A DNA stretch of 52,023 nucleotides. It comes from Octopus sinensis (lineage: Eukaryota). Positions 26,209-39,900 of this stretch are shown here, piece by piece. The translations under genes and the position numbers were made by a program. The stretch covers positions 1 through 52,023 of the forward strand of contig NW_021833993.1 in the NCBI RefSeq assembly GCF_006345805.1, read 5' to 3'. The first letter of the stretch is position 1; each line of letters begins with the position of its first letter. A model generated the notes under the pieces. The model worked only from the letters and a program-made list of their open reading frames with translations. It ran no database searches and was not told the DNA's origin.

Positions 26209-28144
26209 TACATTGATATCAAAGGATATAGCCTTAAAGACTCTGCCATACACATTTCAAGGTACTTCAACTGCTGAATAGATTCATATGTTGGGTATTC
26301 CTGAAACAGCAAATCAGAATTTATTATTGGTTAATTAAATATTGATTAAACAAGGTTGCAAGACACAATTAAAATTTTAGAAAACTAAAAAAAAAGAAAA
26401 GAATTAAAAAGAAATAAGTGGAAATTTTACTGGTGAGTGTGTTAAATTATAAGGCTCCGAAAGAGAATGACTTTCCCAGACACAACAGAACATGCTTCAA
26501 CACTCAAACTCACATAAAGAATCTTGCAAACCAAATCCAAAAACAAAATTATTTCTTTATTACCCACAGGGAGCTAAACATAGAATGGACAAACAAGAAC
26601 AGACAAAGGGATTAATTCGATTACATTGACCCCCAGTGCATACCTGGTACTTATTTAATCGACCCCCGAAAGGATAAAAGGCAAAGTCGACCTCGGCAGA
26701 ATTTGAACTCAGAATGCAGTGGCAGACGAAATACTGCTAAGCATTTCACCCAGCATGCTAACAATTCTGCCAGCTCACTGCCTGTTTTCATAAATAATTA
26801 GCCACACCCGTAGTCTGTGTACATATACAGAACTAGTTTTCTAAAGCCTTTGGTTCCAAAACCATTTTAGATTCCCTTTTTTTTTCTGAACCAAGTCTGG
26901 TCACACTCTAAATAAAACAAATACCAAATTTGCATAAATATCACATCATCATCATCATCATTTAACGTCTGCTTTCCATGCTAGCATGGGTTGGACGATT
27001 TGAGTGAGGTCTGGTGAACCAGACTCCAATCTGATCTGGCAGAGTTTCTACAGCTGGATGCCCTTCCTAACGCCAACCACTCCGAGAGTGTAGTGGGTGA
27101 TTTTACGTGCCACCAGCACGAGGACCAGTTTGGTGGTACTGGCAGTGACCACGCCCAAATGGTGCTTTTTATGTGCCACCTGCACAGGAGCCAGTCCAGC
27201 GGCACTGGCGCCGACCTCGCTCAAATATTTCACATGCCACCAGCACAAGTGCTAGTAAGGCGACGCGGTAACGATCACACTTGAATGGTGTGCTTAACGT
27301 GCCATTGGCACGAAGCCAGTTTGTTGCTCTGGCAACAATCTCACTCGTATGATACTCTTAGCGCTCCACTAGCAACGGATGCCAGTCACCGAATTTGATT
27401 TCGACATCGATTTCACTTGCCTCAACTGGTACAATTTTTGTCCTTGGGCTGCACCAGATTCCAGATTCTGTTTTGGCTTCGTTTCTACAGCTGGATGCCC
27501 TTTCTAACACCAACCACTTTACAGAACATACTTGGTGCTTTTTATGAGGCACCAGCACCCATGCTTTGATGAACTTTCAGTTTCTGACTACCAAATCCAC
27601 TCACAAGGTTTTGATCATCTTAAAGCTATAGCAGAAGGCACTTGCCCTAGGTGCCATGCAGAGGGACTGAACCCAGAACCATGTGGTTGAGAAGCAAGCT
27701 TCTACCCACAGAGCTGTGCCTGTGAATATATATATATATACTGTACGGTAAGAAGTTTGTTTCCCAACCACATGGTTCTGGGATCAGTCCCATGGTGTGA
27801 CACCTTGGGCAAGTGTCTTCTACTACTGCCTCGGGTCGACCAAAGCCTTGCGAATGGATTTGAGAGATGGAAACTGAAAGAATCTCATCATATGTGGGAG
27901 AGGGCTGTCCCAACCCCATCACTGCTTGACAACCAGTGTTGGTGTGTTTATGACCCTATAACTTAGCGGTTTGGCAAAAGAGACAAATAGAATAAGTACT
28001 AGGTTTAAGAAATGAGCCCTGGAATCGATTTGTTCAACTAAAACCCTTCAAGGCAGTGCCCCAGCATGGCCAAATGACTGAAACATATAAAACAATAAAA
28101 AAATACACGCATGTACACACATATACACACACACATACACACGT

Positions 28145-28183
<39 letters not shown>

Positions 28184-29589
28184 ATGGGCTTCTCTCAATT
28201 TCTGTCTACCAAATCCACTCACAAAGCTTTGGTCAGCCCAAAACTATAGAAAAAGACACTTGCTCCAGGTGCCATGCTGTGGGACTGAACCCAAAACCAT
28301 ATGGTGGGGAAGCAAGCTTCTTACCGCACAGCCACACCTGCGTCTAATACTTACATCTCCGACCACTTCCATGATTTCTTTGTAGACATTTTCTTGGATG
28401 TCTGGGTTAAAAGCCATGCAACGTGCGAAGAATGTCAATGTGGAAGCCGTAGTTTCGTAACCAGCCATGAAAAAGATTATGCATTGTGCAATTATTTCTG
28501 AATCAGTGATACCTGGAAAATAGCAGACATATTGGATCTTTTAGGTTTGAACGGCAGTTTTTTAAAATAATTTCCATGTAACTAAACACTTTTAAACTTC
28601 GTATACTGGTAGAATGTGTTTATAAAACATCTTCTTCTTTTGGCTTTATTGAGAAAATTCTATAATTTGTAAGATATTTTTTTTTTTTTTTTCTTCAATT
28701 TCTGCAATTTCAACCAATCAATGATGTCTCTTGAGGTGAAAACATTCTCTGCCGTATGAAAATGTGCCTCGTTTAAGAAACAGATTGGGTTTATTTACAT
28801 TTCTGAAGAAAAAAGATACCCTTCCCCCTAGCCCTAATGCTAACCCTAACCCTAACTAACCCTAACCCTAAAACAGATTGAAATGCAATAGATCGATACT
28901 AGGGTCATAATTATGGGTGACAATTTCATATGACACTGCTAGAAAAAACTGCTGGTCAAACTGAAGAGATCTGAAGTGTTTTGTTATATTTAGACAAATC
29001 CTATAATGATTGAAAGAGTGACAGGATGGATTTAGGAACTTTTTCTACACTAGGCACAAGGTGTGAAATTTTTGGGGAGGGTGGCCAGTTGATTAGATCG
29101 CCCCCAGTATGCAACTGGTACTTAATTTATCAACCCTGAAAGGATGAAAGGCAAAGTCAACCTCGGCGGAATTTGAACTCAGAACGTGATACTGCTAAGT
29201 AATTCGCCCAGCGTGTTAACGTTTCTGCAAGCACATCTGGGAATTGAACCTGTGACCTCTTGCACCTAAAATGAGGATCATACCCCTAGACCAATGAGCC
29301 AGAGTGCAGGGATACATAATCAGACTGTCGCCTAACACTACATATATATATATATACAGGGTTGGCCAAAAGTCACCCAACAGTAAATCAAAATTCCATA
29401 AATACTTAATATTCAATTTCATTTATTCATTCCAATTATGAATGTTTAATAATTGAATGGTGTGAGTTAAAATCACTGCCTTTTTTTTCGACATTTGTCT
29501 ATTTATTAGCAAAGTCTCTTAAATTAATTTTTTGTTTTAATCTTTGATTCGTTGGGTTTTGTTTTACAGTCAGGTGACTTTTGGCATAT

Positions 29590-29666
<77 letters not shown>

Positions 29667-29983
29667 TATATATATATTATATTATATATATTTATATATG
29701 TATAATATATGTATGTATATATATATTATATATATATACATATATATATTTACATATATATAACATATATATATATATTATATATACCTATATACATTAT
29801 TATATATATACATATATATACACATATATATAATATATATATATATACACATATTATATATATATAATATATATATCCTAATATACATATATATTATATA
29901 TATATACATATATACCTATATATATATATATACACTATATATACATATATATATACACATATATATACATTATATATATATAT

Positions 29984-30023
<40 letters not shown>

Positions 30024-30274
30024 TATCTATATATATATATATATATATACACATATATATATATATTATATATATATATTATATATATACATATAATATT
30101 TATAACATATATATATTATATATATATATATATACACATATATATTATATATATATTATATATATATATATTATCTATATATATATATATATTATATATA
30201 TATATAATATACATATATATATATAATATATATATATAATATATACATATATATATATATATATATCTATATAC

Positions 30275-30321
<47 letters not shown>

Positions 30322-30352
30322 CTATATATATATATATATACATATTATTATA

Positions 30353-30387
<35 letters not shown>

Positions 30388-30399
30388 TATATATATAAC

Positions 30400-30480
<81 letters not shown>

Positions 30481-30651
30481 CATATATTATATATTATACA
30501 TATATATATATAATATATATATATTATATATATACATATATATATATATATATACATATATTAATATATATACATATATTATATATATATTATATATATA
30601 ATACATATATATAATTATATCTATATATATATATATATATATATAATATAC

Positions 30652-30699
<48 letters not shown>

Positions 30700-30833
30700 T
30701 TATATCATATATATATATAATATATTACATATATATATATATATATATACATATATATATACATATATATATATATAATATACATATATATATATATATA
30801 TAATATATATAGCATTATATATATATACATATA

Positions 30834-30882
<49 letters not shown>

Positions 30883-31004
30883 ATATATATATATATATAT
30901 ATATTATAACATATATTATATATTATATACATATATCAAATAATATATATATACATATATACATATATATATATAGATATATATATATATATATATATAC
31001 ACCA

Positions 31005-31044
<40 letters not shown>

Positions 31045-31095
31045 GATATAGATATATATAATATACATATATATATATATATATATTATATATAC

Positions 31096-31146
<51 letters not shown>

Positions 31147-31201
31147 CATATATATATACAATATATATATAGATATATACATATATAATATATATATTAA
31201 T

Positions 31202-31246
<45 letters not shown>

Positions 31247-31415
31247 AATATAGATATATATATATATATAATATATATATACATATTAACATATATATAT
31301 ATACATATATATATAATATATACATATATATAATATAATATACATATATATAATATATATATACATATATATATATACATATATATACTATATATTATAT
31401 ATATATATATCATAT

Positions 31416-31449
<34 letters not shown>

Positions 31450-31451
31450 CA

Positions 31452-31498
<47 letters not shown>

Positions 31499-31586
31499 TA
31501 TATATCATATATCTATATATATATACATACCTAGATATCTCTACATAATATCACTATATATATATATATATATACATCTATATATC

Positions 31587-31618
<32 letters not shown>

Positions 31619-31856
31619 TATCATAATATATATCCATATATATATATATATATATCTATCTATATTTTATATATACATATATACTCGATATATATAAATC
31701 TATATATATATACTACATATATATCTATATATATCTACATATATATATCATATATATATACATATTATTATAGAATAATACTCTCCTATATATATATATA
31801 TACATATATATACCTATACTATATATACCTATATCATATCTCCTAATATATATACC

Positions 31857-31887
<31 letters not shown>

Positions 31888-33304
31888 CCTATATATACTA
31901 TATATACTATATATATACATATATATCTATATATATATACATATCTATTCTCTATATATAATATCTATATATACATCTATTATATATATATCTATATATA
32001 TATATCTATATACATATTATACATATATATTATATATACATAGATATACCCTATATATATATATACATATATATACCTATATATCTATATATATATATAA
32101 TATACATATATATTATATTATACTATATATCCATATATTAATCTATACATATATATACCTATCTATATATATATATATATAATTATATATATACTATATA
32201 ACATCTATATACCGATATATCATATATATACCTATATATATATATTATATATATATATATAATCTATATATTATACTATATATATAATATATTATCTATA
32301 TATATACTATTATATATATCTATATATACCTATATACTATATATATATATATATCATATATCCTATATCATATATATATATATATATCTATATATACCTA
32401 TATATATTATATATATATATATATCCATATATCTATATATATATACCTATATATATATATATCATACTATATAGACATATATATATATATCTATATCTAT
32501 TATCTATAGTAGCTATATAATATATATAGATACCATATATCCATATATATACATATATCTATATATATATACATATATCTAAATATCTATAACTATCTCT
32601 ATATATATATATATATATATATATCTATATATCATATATCTCGCTATATATATATCTATATTATATATACCTATATATATATATATATACATATCTATCT
32701 ATATCATATACCTCTATATATCTATATCCACTATATATATCTATATATATATATCTATATATATACTATCTATATATATATATATACCTATATATCTATA
32801 TATATATCTATATATATATCTATATCTACTCTCTATTATCTATATATACAATACTCTATATATATATATATATATATATATTATCTATATATTATATACA
32901 TATATATATCTATATATCTATCTATATATGTATGTATATCTATGTATTATATCTATATATATATATCTACAGTATATATGATATATATAATATATATATA
33001 TATCTACTATATATATATTATCTCTATATATATATATCTATATCTATCTATATATATATTATACATACTATATATATACATACATATATATACATATATA
33101 TCATATATATATACCATATATATAACATACATACATATATATACATACATATATTAATACATATATATATATATACATATACTAACATATATATATATAC
33201 ATATATATACATACTATATATCTATATATACATATATATATATACATATATATACATATATATATATACATATAATACATACATATATATACAAATACAT
33301 ATAT

Positions 33305-33343
<39 letters not shown>

Positions 33344-33668
33344 GTTATATATATATATATGGAGGCGCAATGGCCCAGTGGTTAGGGCAGCGACTCGCTG
33401 TCCGTGGGATCGCGGTTTCGATTCCCCAGACCGGGCGTTGTAAGTGTTTATTGAGTGAAACCCTAAAGCTCCATGAGGCTCCGGCAGAGGGTGATGGCGA
33501 CCCCTACTGTACTCTTTCGCCACAACTTTCTCGCACTCTTTCTTCTGTTGGCCTGCTCGCTTAGCCAGCGGGGTGGCGTCATTTGAAGGCTAAAACAATG
33601 CAAACCGCATTGTCACCAGCGATGTGTAGCAACATCAGATAGCCTGGTCAGTCACGGTGATCATGGTG

Positions 33669-33712
<44 letters not shown>

Positions 33713-33944
33713 TGGCTCAAGATCGTGAGGTTGTGGTTTCAATTCCTACACTGGGCGATGCCTTGTGTTCTTGAGCAAAACACTTCATTTTCACGTTGCT
33801 CCAGTCCACTCAGCTGGCAAAAGTGAGTAAATCTGCGAAAGACTGGCATCCCATCCAAGTGGGGAATTTCTACACAACTGAAACCGGGAAACCAGCCCTT
33901 ATGAGCCTGGCATGGCACAAGAAGGAACATATATATGTGTGCAA

Positions 33945-33997
<53 letters not shown>

Positions 33998-36900
33998 CAT
34001 ATGTATACATACACACACAAACACACACACACACACGCTGTCGCTGCCATCATGGCTTGGCATGGATTGGACAGTTTGAGAAAAGCTGACCAACTGAGGG
34101 GCAGATCAGGCTCCATGTCTGTTTTGACATGGTTTCTATGGCTGGATGCCCTTCCTAACACCAACCCCTTTATAGCATGTACTGCGAGTTTTTACACAAC
34201 ACCAGCATGGGTCTTTTTTTTACATAGCACTAGCACATATGAGCCCACAAGATTAGGGATGCCCGACCGGAAAGAGTTAGAACGTATAAGCCTGTATGCA
34301 AGAGCAACTACAACATATTATATATGCAAATGCTAACCAATGAGGGTGGAAGATATTAAGCGACTAGAATCCTTCGATCACCTCTGTCTACGCCGCATCC
34401 TTCGTGTCCAATGGCATCACTTTGTCTCCAGCAATTCGGTGCGACACCAGTGCAGAATCACCTCCCTCCGACAAGTCATCCTAACGAGACGTCTGCGTTG
34501 GCTGGGTCATGCCCTCCGTCGTCAACCAGGAGAATTCATCTATGAGGCAATTGCCCCAGCTCCCCTTCAGGGTTGGCGAAAGCATCGTGGTGGACAACGA
34601 AAAACCTGGCTGATGACGGTCAAGGCTGATCTGGAACCCAACCTAGGCCCCCATATCTATGGTGTTCGCTGCTGGAATAAGGAGTGGTTGGAGATCACGC
34701 GGTCGTTAGCCTCAAATCACCAGGCCTGGACGGCATTTGTGAGAGATGCAGCATTGAGGATGAATGAAGCCAGCTCAACCCACCCCGGGTGAATGCCGTC
34801 AGAAGAAGAAGAAGGAGAAGAAGAAGAAGAAGAAGAAGAAGAAGAAGAAGGAGGAGAAGAAGGAGGAGAAGAAGAAGGCGAAGAAGAAGAAGAAGAAGAA
34901 GAAAAAGAAGAAGAAGAAGAAGGCGAAGAAGAAGAAGAAGAAGAAGAAGAAGAAGAAAAAGAAGGAGGAGGAGAAGAAGGAGGCGAACAAGAAGAAGGCG
35001 AACAAGAAGAAGAAGAAGAAGAAGAAGGAGGAGGAGAAGAAGAAGGCGAACAAGAAGAAGGCGAACAAGAAGAAGAAGAAGGAAAAGAAGGAGGAGGAGA
35101 AGAAGAAGGCGAACAAGAAGAAGGCGAACAAGAAGAAGGCGAACAAGAAGAAGAAGAAGAAAAAGAAGGAGGAGGAGAAGAAGGCGAACAAGAAGAAGAA
35201 GAAGAAAAAGAAGGAGGAGGAGAAGAAGAAGGCGAACAAGAAGAAGGCGAACAAGAAGAAGAAGAAGAAAAAGAAGGAGGAGGAGAAGAAGAAGGCGAAC
35301 AAGAAGAAGAAGAAGAAAAAGAAGGAGGAGGAGAAGAAGAAGGCGAACAAGAAGACGGCGAACAAGAAGAAGAAGAAGAAAAAGAAGGAGGAGGAGAAGA
35401 AGAAGGCGAACAAGAAGAAGGCGAACAAGAAGAAGAAGAAGAAAAAGAAGGAGGAGGAGAAGAAGAAGGCGAACAAGAAGAAGAAGAAGAAAAAGAAGGA
35501 GGAGGAGAAGAAGAAGGCGAACAAGAAGAAGGTGAACAAGAAGAAGAAGAAGAAGAAGGAGGAGGAGAAGAAGAAGGCGAACAAGAAGAAGGCGAACAAG
35601 AAGAAGGCGAACAAGAAGAAGAAGAAGAAGAAGAAGAAGAAATGCTAACCTCTTTTGTGTTTCCAATCACTTATGTTTTCCAGTGGGATATCCTTTGCTC
35701 CGTTTCCTGTCAGGTTTTCATTTCCAGCCACTTGAGCTTCGAGCATGATTTCCAGGAAATCTTTACATGCTCCCTTTACCGAAAAACACAAGAAAGAAAG
35801 AATTTAAAAATCACAAAACGAAGTTCAGAAATATTAAAATAAGACACCAACAGTGATCAACTGGTATTAATTTTATTGACCCCTCATCCCCCAAAGGTTC
35901 AAAAGCAAAGTTTACCGCAGCAGGATTTGAACTCAGAATGTAAAGGTGGACAAAATGCTGCTACGTGTTTTAACTGACATATGTTTCTTATTTCTTTATT
36001 ACCCACAAGGGGCTAAACATAGAGGGGAACAAACAAGGGCAGACAAAGGGATTAAGTCGATTACATCTACCCCAGTGCATAATTGGTACTTAATTTATCG
36101 ACCCCTGAAAGGATGAAAGGCAAAGTCGACCTCGGAGGAATTTGAACTCAGAACGTAACGGCAGACAAAATACTGCTACACATTTCGCCCAGCGTGCTAA
36201 CGTTCCTGCCAACATGCCACCTTCAATAACAACAATAATAATAATTCTTTGTACTATGTGTACAAGGATGAAATTTCTTGGGCCAGTCAATTACATTGAT
36301 CCCGGGGCTCAAATGGAACTTATTTTATCAATGCCAAAATGACGAAAGGCAAAGTCGACCTTGGTGTAATTTGAACTCAGGACCTAATGAATTGGAAGAA
36401 ATGCTGCTAAGTATTTTTGTCCAACATGCTAATGATTCTGCCAACTTGCCTCTTTAAATGTTAAAGAAATTTATAAGCACAACAACAGCAAAAAAGGGAA
36501 GCGAAAGAGATAAAAAAAGGAACGTACATTAGGGTTGAGATTTTGTCTTCGAGTCTTCAGAAGCTGTTTAGAAAATTCTGCAAGAAGATTTGTCCTTTTA
36601 TTAAAGTAATCTAAAACTTTCAGTTTGCTGAGGAAGTTTACCAAGCCAGGAGCTACAGCTAAAAAAAAAAGAAGAAAATAAAAAGCATAAACAAATTGAA
36701 TATTTGCTTTGACTTTCTTTTTAATTTTTTTTTTTTACACTTTTATTTGTTTCAGTCATTTAACAAACCATACCTAATGCAGCTCCCGAAGCAAGACATT
36801 TAAAAAACTGAATTTAGTTCTATATCACCTGTGATTTCGCAATTAACGTATTAAATACATCTTTTGTTCATCAGTAGAACAGATTCTGAACACATCATAA

Positions 36901-39900
36901 ATAAACAACCAACATACCTAGCGAAGCCCAACAGACATCTGCTCCCCTCGGCGAAGCACATGGAAATGTTTATTGATCATATATTCGGTAAATGTCTTGC
37001 TTCGGGAGCTGCATTAGGTATGATTAGTTAAATTTTGGTAGTAATGACTTATGTCCCTCTTAGCGTGTGGCATTTATGTGTAATAATGCCCTCTATACAA
37101 TATAAATAAATATTTTCAAGGGAAAAAATTGTTTTCGAATTTTTTCTCTTATGAGGTTTTTCACGCTAACTACCTGATAATTTCTTGTTAAGATTCCTTA
37201 TTAAGATTTTATCCTTAATTGTTAAATTTATTCCGAAGAAAAACTTTTCCTACCGACATGCAGTTCGAAAAAGCCCGCCATTTACCGAATATATGATCAA
37301 TAAACATTTCCATGTGCTTCGCCGAGGGGAGCAGATGTCTGTTTGGCTTCACTAGATATGTTGGTTGTTTATTTATGATGTGTTCAGAATCTGTTCTACT
37401 GATGAACAAAAGACGTATTTAATATGTTAATTGCAAAATCACAGATGATATAGAACTAAATTCAGTTTTTTAAATGTCTTGCTTCGGGAGCTGCATTAGG
37501 TATGATTAGTTAAATTTTGGTAGTAATGACTTATGTCCCTCTTAGCATGTGGCATTTATGTGTAATAATGCCCTCTATACAATATAAATAAATATTTTCA
37601 AGTGAAAAAATTATTTTCGAATTTTTTCTCTTATGAGGTTTTTCACGCTAACTACCTGATAATTTCTTGTTAAGATTACTTATTAAGATTTTATCCTTAA
37701 TTGTTAAATATATATATATATATATATACTAGCAGTATTGCCCGGCGTTGCTCGGGTTTGTAAGGGAAATAACTATATAAGCATTTTTAGAGATGTAAAG
37801 TATAATAGCCATCTCAATATGGCTAACCACAAAGCGGGGTGTTACTGTAGCTTTTTACATTCTGAGATTTAATAATACATTTTTAGAGAGTTACTTCCCT
37901 TATATAAACCGACCGAAAATGCATTAGAAATGTGAAAAATTGATGGTAAATTTTTTTAAAATCGTAGACTCATCGTAGACGTGCGCTAATACCCAGAAGG
38001 GCTCGATATGAATCACGACTATAAGATACCCGAATTTGGTTAAACTGCACTGCAAAATGTGGGAGTAGTTAGGAATCTAAATCGTAGGAGACAGACACAC
38101 AACTTGACTTTTATATATAAAGATATGTGTGTGTGTGTGTGTGTGTGTGTCTGCCTTCTATGCTAGAATGGGTTGGACAATTTGACTGAGGGCTGTAAAC
38201 CAGATGGCTGCACCAAAATAATAATAAAAATTAAAGGAAACTGACTTACTGGAAAGTAGTCCTATCAATAGTTCATTCTGTTTATTCAAAATACTCAAAG
38301 CATTTTTCACTAGTGGATGATCACCCTGTTCTGAAGAATTTAGTTCAACACCAAACCCCACGGCAGCGATGTTGTCCAACGTGTATTTACTAAATGCACT
38401 AAAATACATTTAAATAAAAAAAATATATATATATAGGATTTTAAAATTTTATCCAGGATTGCTGAAAGAATCCCCATTAAATGAGTTAGTAGCCATTCTT
38501 CTTATTTTTTTTTTTTTTTTCATGCTTGTGTGAGTGAGAGAGAATCCAGAGAGAATCCAGGGAGGTCTATTTGCCAAGGTTGGGCCCATGAATGCTCTAC
38601 CTGTTGCCAACCCTCGCTTATTCACGGCTAAGGTAATGTTTCCTCATGATCAGATGTGTCATCATCACCATCATCATCGTTTAACGTCTGCTTTCCATGC
38701 TAGCATGGGTTGGACGATCTTGATTGAGGGTGGCGAGCCAGATGGCTGCACCAGGCTCCAGTCTTGATCTGGCAGAGTTTCTACAGCTGGATGCCCTTCC
38801 TAACGCCAACCACTCCGAGAGTGTAGTGGGTGCTTTTACGTGCCACTGGCACAGGGGCCAGTCCGGCGACACCAGCAACAACCTCGCCCGAATCCGTCCA
38901 CACATGCCACCGGCACAGGTGCCACGAAGGCGACGCTGGCAACGACCACGCTCGGACGGTGCCCCCTTACGTGCCATGGCACGGGGGCCAGCCAGGTGGC
39001 ACCAGCAATGACACCGCTTGAATCCCCCCACATGTGTTCATCAGAAATCAGAAATGGAAAAAAACACCGCATGTAGAACAGTGATGCTCGTTTACAACTA
39101 TCACAAGATGTCAAGACAATGAGGCATAAATGCATGCATGCTCATACATACATACACACATGCAAACATACTTACTCTCTCTTTTTCTCCCTCTCAGACA
39201 CTCCCTCTTTCTCTCTCGTATATACATGCGTCTGTCTTTCTCCTCTACCAGCTGCTGTCATGTAACCAGTGACCATTTTCTCTTTTTCTTCCTTTCTTAC
39301 ACTGGTTCCATAGCTGACCAATGGCAAATTCTGTCTCTCCGTTCTCCATCCTTCAAGACATTTTCTTAGCATTACCCACTATTCTCATCACCTTGGCCCC
39401 AAGGCCGTATTTTGTTCAACCGTTCGTCCTCGTCCACCGTCCTAAATCACACTGTGTCATTTTACTTGTTTTGATTTGTTTGCTTCTGTCCCTAAATCTC
39501 TACAAGAAGAAGTTTTTTTTTTTTGCAGGCACTGACAATTGGGAAGCACTTAGTCTAACAAGCTAGAGCATGTTAGATAATAGGTTCACAAAACCGGGAC
39601 CACCACCGATTGCTCAACACATGGGTTGGGGCGGGAACTGAAAGAAGACCAGATGAAGATTTAAAAAATTTCCTTCTTACTCTTGCACGTTACATTCCTG
39701 TCCACTTTCAGAAAATTTGCTGAAAATCTTCAACAAATTTTCAGTTGGTTTCTTCATTAACATAATCATCTGTTAAAAGAAACAACAACAACAATTAAAA
39801 ACAATAATTAATAATGATTTCAAATTTTGGCACAAGGCCAGCAATATCAGAGCGCTTAAATGATACTCATTTTATCAACCATAACCCTACGCAATATGCC

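Noticed and set aside
34695-35842. 250-350 aa poly-E/K/R/S/L/F ORFs
   Set aside because: GAA minisatellite open in all six frames. The real exon here is 35650-35773 on the minus strand.
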